Shown here piece after piece: positions 1-9,184 of a stretch of 44,302 nucleotides of DNA. The stretch lies in the UHGV virus genome UHGV-0470999. One strand, 5' to 3'. This DNA comes from a virus. Position numbers and translations under genes: made by a program. The notes below the pieces were generated by a model. The model was not told the DNA's origin and did no database searches. It saw only the letters and a program-made list of their open reading frames with translations. Position 1 is the first letter of the stretch; each line of letters opens with the position of its first letter.

Positions 1-4
1 GGAG

Positions 5-466
5 GTGATGCCGGTGGACAAGGAGGTGCTGATACAGTATTGCGAGATGAAAGAGGAGATAAAGGACATAAGACGGCGGATTCAGAAGCTGGATAAGTTT
101 CTTTCGGAGCCGCATCAGGTATCGGATACCGTTAAGGGGACAAGGCGGGACGGAACGATAGGAAGCATCAAGGTGACGGGATACCCGGTGCCGGAGCATT
201 ACCGGAAGCAGCGGCTGAGGGAGCGGTATAGGCAGCTTCTGGAACGTAAGGAGGCAGAGCTGCTGGAGCTGACCTGCCAGGTGGAGGAATATATCCAGAG
301 CATACCGAAGAGTGAGGTGCGGATTATGTTCCGTCTGTATTACATAGACGGCCTGCCCTGGTGGAAGGTGGCGCAGGCCATGAACCGGATGTTCCCGAAG
401 CGGCGGGTTAAGTTTACGGAGGATAGCTGCCGGGTAAGAAATAACAGATTTTTTGAGGAAATTTAA
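5..466 (+). CDS. putative phage late-gene transcriptional activator (ArpU/RinA-like, sigma-70 region-4-like HTH); possibly 5'-truncated by window edge or continuous with ORF at 44235 if circular
   Basis: Position immediately upstream of terminase genes; C-terminal helix-turn-helix-like segment RIMFRLYYIDGLPWWKVAQAMN; ~150 aa size typical of ArpU family. Confidence 0.45.
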   Translation: MMPVDKEVLIQYCEMKEEIKDIRRRIQKLDKFLSEPHQVSDTVKGTRRDGTIGSIKVTGYPVPEHYRKQRLRERYRQLLERKEAELLELTCQVEEYIQSIPKSEVRIMFRLYYIDGLPWWKVAQAMNRMFPKRRVKFTEDSCRVRNNRFFEEI

Positions 467-884
467 AAATGTTCGGCCATGTTCGCTTGAAAAGTGTTAA
501 TATGCTATCATGCGGAAGCCAGAGGGCGGAAGCACCCTCCCCAAAATGTGGAATGTTAAACCGCCGGGGAATGGCAGTCTACTTCAAGGTGATGTTACTG
601 CCTTATCAAAAGCGAGGACATTGTGCGCCACGGAAACCTTCACGCAATCGGTATTAACGGCGGGTATGGATTGCATCCCCCACTGGCTGTCAGGCATCAC
701 ACCCTGGCTGCCGACTGTATCTGGTTTTTATCTCCCCAAGACATTTTCCAGATACCTTAGGGCATCCTAGAAATAGGGTGTCCTTTTCTTATTCGCCCCT
801 TGACTTGAGCAAACATGCGTTCTGTATTTTGGTTACGAAGAGAAGAAACGGGCATGTTTTTGTATGATTTATAAAATTGGGAGG

Positions 885-930
885 GGGATATTTGTATATT
901 CTTCCCATTCGTCATGTGATATAATTAAGA
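885..930 (+). promoter_or_regulatory. sigma-A type promoter with extended -10 (TGATATAAT at 917-925) driving the NACHT moron
   Basis: TGnTATAAT motif 30 nt upstream of ATG 955, AT-rich leader, GGGGAG RBS at 943-948. Confidence 0.4.
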
Positions 931-954
931 AAATGTCGAAATGGGGAGAAACAT

Positions 955-2916
955 ATGTGGGAATTATTTTTTATGCAGATAAGTAAATTAGGGCTTAGTG
1001 AGGCTATTAAAAAATTGGTAGGTGTTGTTATTGACGAGAAGGTAAGACCGATATTAGAAACATCTAATATAAAGGAAGAGGATAGAAATAATATTGAACA
1101 ATGCCTAATGGAATATTTGGCTACAAGTCATAATAAGGCGATAACAATGAATACAATAGTTTTTAGAGGGTATCCAAAAAAGCTTTATGACCTTTATGTG
1201 CCTATTACACTTACAGCAAATATGTTTGGAAATCGGTCGCGAGAAGAATATGTTATGAATGAAAACTATGACACATTGTTAAAACGTTATAATAAAATAT
1301 TAATTGTAGATACAGCAGGGATGGGCAAGTCCACACTCGTTAAGTATTTAGCAGTTCAGTCAATAAACAATAATACAAGTATACCTATTATAGTTGAATT
1401 GCGTAAATTAGAAAAGCATGAAGATATATTAGATTATATTTTACGTCAATTTGACTCGATTGATAAGAAAATAACAAAAGAACATTTTATACCCATGTTA
1501 AAAAGGGGAGATTTTACAATATTTTTTGATGGCTATGATGAAGTTTCAGTAGAAAAAAGAGGTATAATTATTGATAATTTAAAAGATTTTATTTACAAAG
1601 CAAGTGATAATAAATTTGTACTTACGTCTCGGGAGGAATCTGATTTAAGTGCTCTTGGTGAGTTTATAAGGTTTTCTATAAAGCCTTTAAAGATTTCAGA
1701 GGCCTATGAATTAATAAAAAGATATGATGAGGAGGGTACAATATCGGAAAGTCTGATAAATCGTTTACAAGAAGATTCTCGGATGAAGGTGGTTAGGGAT
1801 TTTTTAAAGAATCCACTATTAGTATCACTCTTATATAAAACATATGAATATAAAGAAGATATAGCTTACAAAAAATTAAGTTTTTATGAGCAAGTCTACG
1901 AAGCGCTATTTTATGACCATGATAAAACAAAAGGAGGCGCATATGTCCATGATAAAAAAAGCGGTCTAGATGCTCATAGTTTTGAAAGGCTCCTTCGGCG
2001 AATTGCTTTTTTCTCTTTGCAGGAGAATAAAGTAGGGTATTCAAAGAATGAAATTTATGAATTTATAGATAAATCCATTAAGGGAATGTCGAGCTTAAAT
2101 TTAGTTACATCAGAAAGTGTATTAGATGATTTATTACATGCCGTACCTCTTATGCACAAAGATGGAAACGATATAAAATGGGTACATAAATCGTTTATGG
2201 AATATTTTGCAGCAAGTTTTATTTGTTATGATAGTGGTGAAATAGATAAACTTTTTCGTCATATGATGAAATCAAAAGGTGTGGAGAGATACACAAATGT
2301 TTTGGGATTTTGTTATGAGATAAATCCTGATGTATTCCGAAGGGTAATCATACTACCTTTTTTAAAAAAGTATATTGATTTTTATGATAAAGTTTTTTGG
2401 GATATAAAGCAAAGAAATTGGGACAAAAAGCTTATATGTAAAATAGTTAGTTTAGAATTCTGTCATTCGTTCAGATTGGGGATTTATGATTCTGTTGAGG
2501 CCGCTACTGCCGCATTTAATGATAAACATTCAATACTTAATAAAATGTTTATGCCAGTAAAAGGTGTGAATATTAGAATGCTCACGCATGTAGGTAATAT
2601 TTTGATAGGACAAGGAGATAAGAATGAATGTTTTCTTTCCAATGTCTTATATGACAATGGCATAGATATTTTTTTGAGAGTCCCAACTAAAATTAGTCAT
2701 GATTTATATTTCGCATTAGAAGGGATGGAAAGAAAAATATATGTTTGGGACAATATTTTAAATCAGACAGAAGAAAATGTTAGCACAATTATACAATCTG
2801 TTCTTCCATGCATTACTGAAAAATATTTTATAGATTATGAAAAGTGTGTTCAATTAAAAGCCGAAATTGAAGACGAAATGATGATAGCTAAAAGCTTAAG
2901 TTTTGATTTGTTTTAA
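955..2916 (+). CDS. NACHT/STAND-family P-loop NTPase (candidate antiviral STAND, bNACHT/Avs-like), AT-rich moron
   Basis: Walker A LIVDTAGMGKSTLVKYL, Walker B hhhhDGYDEV (FTIFFDGYDEV), 653 aa; GC content far below flanking phage genes; own promoter. Confidence 0.6.
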   Translation: MWELFFMQISKLGLSEAIKKLVGVVIDEKVRPILETSNIKEEDRNNIEQCLMEYLATSHNKAITMNTIVFRGYPKKLYDLYVPITLTANMFGNRSREEYVMNENYDTLLKRYNKILIVDTAGMGKSTLVKYLAVQSINNNTSIPIIVELRKLEKHEDILDYILRQFDSIDKKITKEHFIPMLKRGDFTIFFDGYDEVSVEKRGIIIDNLKDFIYKASDNKFVLTSREESDLSALGEFIRFSIKPLKISEAYELIKRYDEEGTISESLINRLQEDSRMKVVRDFLKNPLLVSLLYKTYEYKEDIAYKKLSFYEQVYEALFYDHDKTKGGAYVHDKKSGLDAHSFERLLRRIAFFSLQENKVGYSKNEIYEFIDKSIKGMSSLNLVTSESVLDDLLHAVPLMHKDGNDIKWVHKSFMEYFAASFICYDSGEIDKLFRHMMKSKGVERYTNVLGFCYEINPDVFRRVIILPFLKKYIDFYDKVFWDIKQRNWDKKLICKIVSLEFCHSFRLGIYDSVEAATAAFNDKHSILNKMFMPVKGVNIRMLTHVGNILIGQGDKNECFLSNVLYDNGIDIFLRVPTKISHDLYFALEGMERKIYVWDNILNQTEENVSTIIQSVLPCITEKYFIDYEKCVQLKAEIEDEMMIAKSLSFDLF

Positions 2917-2988
2917 AAGAAATAAACGTTTTTAGCAACCAATTACTACTAAACATAATCTAAAACAATACGAAACGAGGTGAGCCCG

Positions 2989-3540
2989 ATGGCATTAACG
3001 CCCAAACAGAAAATATTTGTAGATGAATACCTAATTGACCTTAATGCCACCAGGGCCTACAAGGTGGCGTATCCCAGTTGTAAGAAGGATGATGCAGCAG
3101 CAGTCAACGGAAGCAAGCTGCTAAGAAATACTAAGGTCGCAGAATACATACAGGAACGTATGAAGGAACGCTCAAAACGCACAGAAATTACTCAGGACCG
3201 CGTTCTGCAGGAACTGGAAAAACTGGTTCTGTTCGATATCAGGAAGTTGTTTGACAGTAATGGAAAACCAGTGGATATATCAATGCTTGATGATGACACG
3301 GCTGCCTGTATTGCAGGGCTGGAAGTGGTAGACTATTTCGAAGGAGCAGGAGAGGAAAGGGAGTTTGCGGGATATGTAAAAAAGTATAAGCTTACGGATA
3401 AGTTAAGGGCGATAGAACTGATGGGCCGCCACTTTGGTATGTTTAAGGACAAGCTGGAGCTGTCCGGTGAGATAAGGACCAACAATCCTTACGCCAGCCT
3501 GACAACAGAAGAATTAAAGAAGCTGATACATGGTGGATAG
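2989..3540 (+). CDS. terS: terminase small subunit (P27/Terminase_2-like)
   Basis: N-terminal LTPKQKIFVDEYLIDLNATRAYKVAY motif typical of TerS; GAGGTGA RBS before ATG 2989; directly upstream of TerL. Confidence 0.75.
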   Translation: MALTPKQKIFVDEYLIDLNATRAYKVAYPSCKKDDAAAVNGSKLLRNTKVAEYIQERMKERSKRTEITQDRVLQELEKLVLFDIRKLFDSNGKPVDISMLDDDTAACIAGLEVVDYFEGAGEEREFAGYVKKYKLTDKLRAIELMGRHFGMFKDKLELSGEIRTNNPYASLTTEELKKLIHGG

Positions 3541-3554
3541 GGAGGGGGTGATGA

Positions 3555-3755
3555 TTGGTAGTGGTTGATGGAAAGCTGATACGAACAGGAGCGATGTTAG
3601 AGCTTGCGCGGCGCGAGTTCTTTTTTTATTGTCATTTGAAAGCACCAGATTTTTACAAAGAGAATCGGAAGTATCTGGTGGACCTTTGTAAAGGATTTCA
3701 GGAGTTTATAGAGGGCGAGGATGAAGTATTGGTAGTAAATGAACCACCCCGATAG
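3555..3755 (+). CDS. terL: terminase large subunit, N-terminal fragment (ends ...VVNEPPR, stop caused by frameshift)
   Basis: Continues in another frame as ..PIDCHGKSRTAG.. (Walker A) if one C is added to the C4 run at 3747-3750. Confidence 0.55.
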   Translation: MVVVDGKLIRTGAMLELARREFFFYCHLKAPDFYKENRKYLVDLCKGFQEFIEGEDEVLVVNEPPR

Positions 3756-3799
3756 ACTGCCACGGAAAGTCAAGAACAGCGGGCCTTCTGGTTGAGTGG

Positions 3800-4966
3800 G
3801 TGCTGGGGAATGACCAGTCGCAGAAAATCATGACTGGCTCATATAACGAGACACTTTCCACCATGTTCTCCAAGAACGTCCGTAATGACATCCAGGAAGA
3901 GAAGGCAGATGAAAACCGCATTGTGTTCTCTGATATCTTCCCTGGGGTATCCATCAAGCGCGGTGACGGAGCCATGAACCTATGGAGCCTGGAGGGCGGA
4001 TACAGCAATTACCTTGCTACATCCCCAACCGGCACGGCCACCGGATTTGGCGCCACACTGCTCATCATCGATGACCTCATCAAGAACGCCGAGGAGGCCA
4101 ACAACGAGCTGACCAAGGAGAAGCACTGGACCTGGTTCACGGATACGATGCTGTCCCGTCTGGAAGAGGGTGGTAAAATCATCATTATCATGACCCGGTG
4201 GGCCAGCGATGACCTGGCAGGACGTGCGCTGGAGCATTTCAAGGAGGCAGGGGCAAAGGTGCGGCATATCTCCATGAAAGCACTCCTGAATCCGGACACA
4301 CATGAGATGCTCTGCCCGGAGGTTCTGTCCTATAAATCCTACCAGGCCAAGATACGGGCCATGGGCGCCGACATTGCATCAGCCAACTATCAGCAGGAGC
4401 CGATTGACCTGAAGGGCAGGCTGTATACCAGCTTTAAGACCTATTCCGGGGAGCTGCCTCAGTTTAAGGAAATCCGCAACTATACAGATACAGCGGATAC
4501 CGGCGAGGACTATTTGTGCAGCATCAACTACGGCGTTACCTTTGCCAATGAGGCTTATGTGCTGGATGTGCTGTATACTAAAGAACCCATGGAGGTTACG
4601 GAGCCGGCCACGGCCAGGATGCTACAGGAAGGTTCTGTAAACGTATCAGACATTGAATCCAATAATGGCGGTCGCAGCTTTGCCCGGAGTGTGGAACGGA
4701 TTCTGCGGGAAGTTCTGGGAAGCAACCACACGGTGATACGGTGGTTCACCCAGACAAAGAATAAGCAGGCCCGGATTTATTCCCATTCCGCCTGGGTAAT
4801 GCAGCATGTGTATTTTCCAGAAGATTGGAAGAACCGCTGGCCGGAGTACCATAAGGCGATGATAAAGTACCAACGAGAAGGGCAGAACAAACATGATGAC
4901 GCTCCGGATACGACCACGGGCATTGCGGAAAAGATTGGCGCCGGCAGCGCATTCAGTTTTGATTGA
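3800..4966 (+). CDS. terL: terminase large subunit, main portion (ATPase Walker B LLIIDD plus C-terminal nuclease domain); true reading frame open from 3743
   Basis: Motifs LIIDDLI, IIIMTRW, C-terminal nuclease-like region with conserved D residues; position between TerS and portal. Confidence 0.8.
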   Translation: MLGNDQSQKIMTGSYNETLSTMFSKNVRNDIQEEKADENRIVFSDIFPGVSIKRGDGAMNLWSLEGGYSNYLATSPTGTATGFGATLLIIDDLIKNAEEANNELTKEKHWTWFTDTMLSRLEEGGKIIIIMTRWASDDLAGRALEHFKEAGAKVRHISMKALLNPDTHEMLCPEVLSYKSYQAKIRAMGADIASANYQQEPIDLKGRLYTSFKTYSGELPQFKEIRNYTDTADTGEDYLCSINYGVTFANEAYVLDVLYTKEPMEVTEPATARMLQEGSVNVSDIESNNGGRSFARSVERILREVLGSNHTVIRWFTQTKNKQARIYSHSAWVMQHVYFPEDWKNRWPEYHKAMIKYQREGQNKHDDAPDTTTGIAEKIGAGSAFSFD

Positions 4967-6507
4967 GAAAGAAGGTGAGGTCTATGATAGATTACGGCAG
5001 TGAGACCAGGCGTATCAATGCCATAGTAAACGCTGGCGCCAGGACCAGAATGACGGACATCCGGTTCCTGGAGAAGGAAATACAGAAGTGGAAGCAGTCA
5101 CCGGTCCGCCGCGTTATGATTCTGGCTGAACGGTATTACCAAGGGGACCACGATATTCTTCATACCCCCAGGACGGTTATCAATGAGAAGGGGGAGCTGG
5201 AGCCGGCGAAGAACCTTCCGGACAACCGGATTGTAGATAATCAGTACCAGAAGGCCGTTGACCAGAAAAAGAACTACCTGCTTTCAAAGCCCTTTTCGCT
5301 TACCGCGGATAATGACCGATATGCGAAAGCCTTGAAATACATTCTGGACAAGAAGTTCATGCGTTCCTTGAAGCGGGTGGCAGGGGATTCCATTAATGGA
5401 GGGATTGGGTATTTGTACCCTTACTATAATGAGCAGGGACAGCTGCTGTTTAAGCGGTTCAACAATTACGAGATTATCCCCTTTTGGGCAGACGAGGAGC
5501 ATACCGAGCTGGACTGTTTTGGCAGGCTGTATCAGATTGATGGATACGAAGGCGAGACGGAAAAGACCTATGAATTTTTCGAACTGTATTCCCGTAGTGG
5601 TATTGACCGTTACCAGCTGGATGGCAGTCACCTGATTCCGGACGTCATGCACCTCTCCGGCGCCCATTACCTGGTGGAACAGCACGATCCGGACGGCCAG
5701 CACAAGGAGGTACCCTATAACTGGGAGAGGGTGCCGCTTATACCATTCAAACGCAACGCCCATGAGATACCACTGATTAAGTGCTGCAAGAGCCTGCAGG
5801 ACGGCATTAACCTGATGGTCAGCACGTTTGAGAATAACATGTGCGAGGATGCCCGGAACACGATTCTGATTATTGTCAATTATGATGGGACTAACCTGGG
5901 TGAGTTTAGGAAGAATCTAAGCCAGTATGGAGCAGTGAAGGTACGCAATGATGGAAGCGGCGCCGGAGGTGACGTGCGTGCTCTGACGGTGGAGGTCAAC
6001 GCAGAGAATTACAGAGCCATTCTGGAGATATTTAAGACAGCCCTGATTGAGAACTGCAAAACCTATGACGCCAAGGATGCCCGGCTGACCGGGGACGCCA
6101 ATCAGATGCACATACAGACCATCTACCAGGACATTGAGCTGGATGCCCAGGATATGGAGACAGAGTATCAGGCGGCCTTTGAGGACCTGCTGTGGTTTGT
6201 GGACCAGCATCTGGCCAACACTGGACAGGGTGACTTTGACCTGGACGAGGTTGATATCACGTTTAACCGTAATATCCTGGTAAATGAAACGGAGCTGATT
6301 GATAACTGTGCCAAGTCTGTGGGGCTGCTTCCCTCAAGATTGATTCTGCAAAAACACCCGTGGGTGGATGATGTGGACGAAGCCATGCAGATGATGGAGG
6401 AAGAGGAAGAAAAGAAGATGCAGCGGATGGACCCATACCAGCAGGCATTTGGGCAGGAGGTGCCGGAAGGCGGTGATATAGATGGCGAAGGACAGAGAAC
6501 AGAATAG
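4963..6507 (+). CDS. portal protein, SPP1 gp6-like (likely ATG start at 4984)
   Basis: 514 aa, sequence flow typical of Phage_prot_Gp6 portal; follows TerL. Confidence 0.8.
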   Translation: MRKKVRSMIDYGSETRRINAIVNAGARTRMTDIRFLEKEIQKWKQSPVRRVMILAERYYQGDHDILHTPRTVINEKGELEPAKNLPDNRIVDNQYQKAVDQKKNYLLSKPFSLTADNDRYAKALKYILDKKFMRSLKRVAGDSINGGIGYLYPYYNEQGQLLFKRFNNYEIIPFWADEEHTELDCFGRLYQIDGYEGETEKTYEFFELYSRSGIDRYQLDGSHLIPDVMHLSGAHYLVEQHDPDGQHKEVPYNWERVPLIPFKRNAHEIPLIKCCKSLQDGINLMVSTFENNMCEDARNTILIIVNYDGTNLGEFRKNLSQYGAVKVRNDGSGAGGDVRALTVEVNAENYRAILEIFKTALIENCKTYDAKDARLTGDANQMHIQTIYQDIELDAQDMETEYQAAFEDLLWFVDQHLANTGQGDFDLDEVDITFNRNILVNETELIDNCAKSVGLLPSRLILQKHPWVDDVDEAMQMMEEEEEKKMQRMDPYQQAFGQEVPEGGDIDGEGQRTE

Positions 6508-8122
6508 AGAGTATTGGCAGCGGCGCATGGCCGTTCTGGAGGATGACCAGTACCGGCGCAGTGCCACTTACTACAAGGATGTCCAGCGCCAGTACATAAG
6601 AGCTACCAACAGCATCCAGATGGACATAAGCCGGTGGTACCAGCGCCTGGCAGACAACAACGACATCAGTTATGCGGGCGCCAAGAGGCTGCTTAAGAAG
6701 GACGAGCTGGAGGAGTTCAGGTGGACGGTCGAGGATTACATAAAGGCTGGCCAGGAAAATGCCGTTGACCAGCGCTGGATGAAGGAACTGGAGAATGCAT
6801 CCGCCCGGCATCACATCTCATACCTGGAGGCCATGAAGCTCCAGATGCAGCAGCATGCGGAACTGCTGTTAACGGAGTTTGATGGAGGCATGATGGATTA
6901 TCTGCATGAAGCCTATAGGGAACAGTATTACCGGACCGCTTTTGAGGTGTCAAAGGGAACCGGGGTGGGTACCAACCTTGCACGGCTGGATGACCAGAGG
7001 ATGGATGCCATCATCAGGCATCCCTGGGCACATGATGGGGAAAACTTCTCAAGCCGTATCTGGACCAATAAGGATAAGCTTGTCAGGAACCTGCATACCG
7101 AACTGACCCAGAACATCATCCGTGGTGAGTCCCCTCAGAAGGCCATAGACAGCTTGTCAAGGACCATGGAGGTCAGCCGGGGCCAGGCCGGGCGTCTCAT
7201 CATGACCGAGTCAGCAGCCATCTCTTCGGCGGCCCAGAAGGACTGCCTGAAGGGGCTGGGGGTGGAGAAGTATGAAATCCTGGCCACGTTGGATGGTCAG
7301 ACTTCTGAGATATGCAGGGATATGGACGGCAAGGTCTTTGACATGAAGGATTATGAGGTCGGGACTACGGCGCCGCCCTTCCATCCGAACTGCAGGTCCA
7401 CTACGGTGCCGTATTTTGACGACGAATTTACAGAGGGTGAGATGAGAGCCGCCAGAGACAGTAGTGGGAAAACATATTATGTTCCCTCTGACATGAAGTA
7501 TAGGGAATGGGAAAAGCGGTATGTCCCCAAGTCTGAGAAAGCAGGGGCATCTGGGATGAAGAGGACTTCTGGACAGATGGAAAAGCGGTGCATACCACTG
7601 AGGACGGAGGTAGAAAAGTACTCTCCACGGAAAAGCAGATGGAGTGGGAAAGTCAAGGCAGATAATGAACGATGTGAACAGGAATGCTGTTTGGGCATAA
7701 AGGAGTGGAACTGTGACATTATTGTAAGGGATGATGTACCGGATGGGATAATGCTCCATGAGTTACTGCATTCCTGCTCTGCCAGCTACCATAGTCCAGC
7801 GGATTATATCGCACATCAGGGTATAGAGGAAGCAAGTGTGGAACTATTGACCCAGGAGATTGCGGAAAAGATGGGAATAGCCCATATCCCTGGCTATACG
7901 GACACGGTTGGAATCCTACGGAACCTAAACAATGGATTAGGCCTATATGAGTCCGATATGGAATTTGCGAAGGAACTTTTCAAGCACCCGATGACAGAAC
8001 GGTTCAGCTGGTTGCAGGATAAGGTGAATGGGAGTATAATCCATAATGAGAAGGTATCCGTTGATGAGGCTGCAGCAATCATGGATTATGTTGGAAAATT
8101 GGGGGGTGGGTCTGTTGGATGA
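6482..8122 (+). CDS. head morphogenesis protein, MuF/SPP1 gp7 family, with ~215-aa C-terminal extension carrying an HExxH motif (candidate MuF-fused toxin/metallopeptidase domain)
   Basis: MuF signature ...ILATLDGQTSEICRDMDGKVFD...PPFHPNCRSTTVP; C-terminal LHELLHSCS (HExxH) and lower GC in last 650 nt. Confidence 0.75.
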   Translation: MAKDREQNREYWQRRMAVLEDDQYRRSATYYKDVQRQYIRATNSIQMDISRWYQRLADNNDISYAGAKRLLKKDELEEFRWTVEDYIKAGQENAVDQRWMKELENASARHHISYLEAMKLQMQQHAELLLTEFDGGMMDYLHEAYREQYYRTAFEVSKGTGVGTNLARLDDQRMDAIIRHPWAHDGENFSSRIWTNKDKLVRNLHTELTQNIIRGESPQKAIDSLSRTMEVSRGQAGRLIMTESAAISSAAQKDCLKGLGVEKYEILATLDGQTSEICRDMDGKVFDMKDYEVGTTAPPFHPNCRSTTVPYFDDEFTEGEMRAARDSSGKTYYVPSDMKYREWEKRYVPKSEKAGASGMKRTSGQMEKRCIPLRTEVEKYSPRKSRWSGKVKADNERCEQECCLGIKEWNCDIIVRDDVPDGIMLHELLHSCSASYHSPADYIAHQGIEEASVELLTQEIAEKMGIAHIPGYTDTVGILRNLNNGLGLYESDMEFAKELFKHPMTERFSWLQDKVNGSIIHNEKVSVDEAAAIMDYVGKLGGGSVG

Positions 8123-8384
8123 TAAGCTTCAATTGTTATTAGGGGAGATTAAGAACCAGAAGAAAATAAGGGAAGAGTTAAAGCATAGTAATTCGGAAGG
8201 TGACCGATTGTTTTATTGCCTATGTTACAACCAGCCAAAAAACAAGGAAGGGTGGTTCAATCTCAAAACAAAGGTATCCGCCTTTCTAAAATCGGATAAC
8301 CCTGAATCTGAAAAACAGAAGCTGATGCAGTATACGGAAATGCTTGCCATGATAACAAGCGGATATGAAAGTATGGAGGATTGA
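8088..8384 (+). CDS. small AT-rich ORF downstream of MuF C-terminal extension (candidate immunity protein); start uncertain
   Basis: 98-aa ORF overlapping MuF 3' end, AT-rich unlike flanks, followed by strong hairpin terminator. Confidence 0.35.
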   Translation: MLENWGVGLLDDKLQLLLGEIKNQKKIREELKHSNSEGDRLFYCLCYNQPKNKEGWFNLKTKVSAFLKSDNPESEKQKLMQYTEMLAMITSGYESMED

Positions 8385-8420
8385 TACCACCAGTCAGTAA
8401 TGGCCGGTGGTATTTTGTTT
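8384..8420 (+). terminator. rho-independent terminator (ATACCACC...GGTGGTAT stem + T-run)
   Basis: 8-bp perfect stem 8384-8391/8406-8413 followed by TATTTTGTTT. Confidence 0.55.
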
Positions 8421-8560
8421 AGATATTGCAGTAACAGTGCAGAGGGAAGCACGCAGGTTTATCCTGACGTGTTATTTTTATGCCCAAATAATAATTAATC
8501 AGGTCAAGGTCTATGCAGACCTTGTGGATTGAAATATGCCAAAAAGAAAGGAAAGAAACC

Positions 8561-9160
8561 ATGAAAAAAGAAGATTTTGTCGCCCTGGGCATCAGCGAGG
8601 AGCTGGCATCCAAAGCAGAACAGGAATCAAAGAAGGAGTTAGAGGGCTACGTCCCAAAGGCGGACCTGGAGGCAGCCAATACGGCCAAAGCCGGCCTGGA
8701 GAAGGATATCAAGGCCAGAGACAAGCAGCTGGAGGAACTGAAGAAGGCTAGTGGCAGCAGCGAGGAGCTCCAGAAACAGATTGAAACCCTCCAGACAGAG
8801 AACAAGACCGCAAAAGAGAAGTACGATGCAGACATGAAAGAGCTGAAGCTGTCTACCGCCATTAAGCTGGCTTTGGGAGACAGCGCCCATGATGCGGATT
8901 TGGTGGCCGGTCTGTTTGATAAGGGTAAGCTGATGCTGTCAGATGACGGGAAAGTATCCGGCCTGGATGAGCAGCTGAAGGCCATTAAGAAAGATAAGGC
9001 GTTCCTGTTCAAGGAAGATAAGGGCCCAGGCCAGCAGATTAAAGGCGGGAAGCCGGCAGAAAGCAAGGGAACTCCGCCGGCAGATAAGAAACCGTCTGAA
9101 ATGACGTACAGTGAGATGTGTAAATACCTAGAGGCTAACCCAGGAGCAACCATTGAATAA
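8561..9160 (+). CDS. capsid scaffolding protein
   Basis: K/E-rich coiled-coil protein (MKKEDFVALGISEELASKAEQESKKELEG...) immediately upstream of major capsid gene. Confidence 0.65.
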   Translation: MKKEDFVALGISEELASKAEQESKKELEGYVPKADLEAANTAKAGLEKDIKARDKQLEELKKASGSSEELQKQIETLQTENKTAKEKYDADMKELKLSTAIKLALGDSAHDADLVAGLFDKGKLMLSDDGKVSGLDEQLKAIKKDKAFLFKEDKGPGQQIKGGKPAESKGTPPADKKPSEMTYSEMCKYLEANPGATIE

Positions 9161-9184
9161 GACAAAGAAAGGATGATGTAAGAC

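Noticed and set aside
469-770. Small overlapping ORFs 469-657 and 510-770
   Set aside because: No RBS, mutually overlapping frames, and no similarity that I can recognise. Treated as non-coding (see the gap finding).
6263-6814. Long minus-strand ORFs nested inside GC-rich structural genes (for example 6263-6814, 10861-11283, 12391-12987, 14835-15452, 16248-16919, 20482-21184, 26768-27496, 33194-33563)
   Set aside because: Antisense to well-supported phage structural or enzymatic genes, GC-rich low-complexity translations (R/P/A rich), no RBS. These are typical spurious ORFs in high-GC coding DNA.
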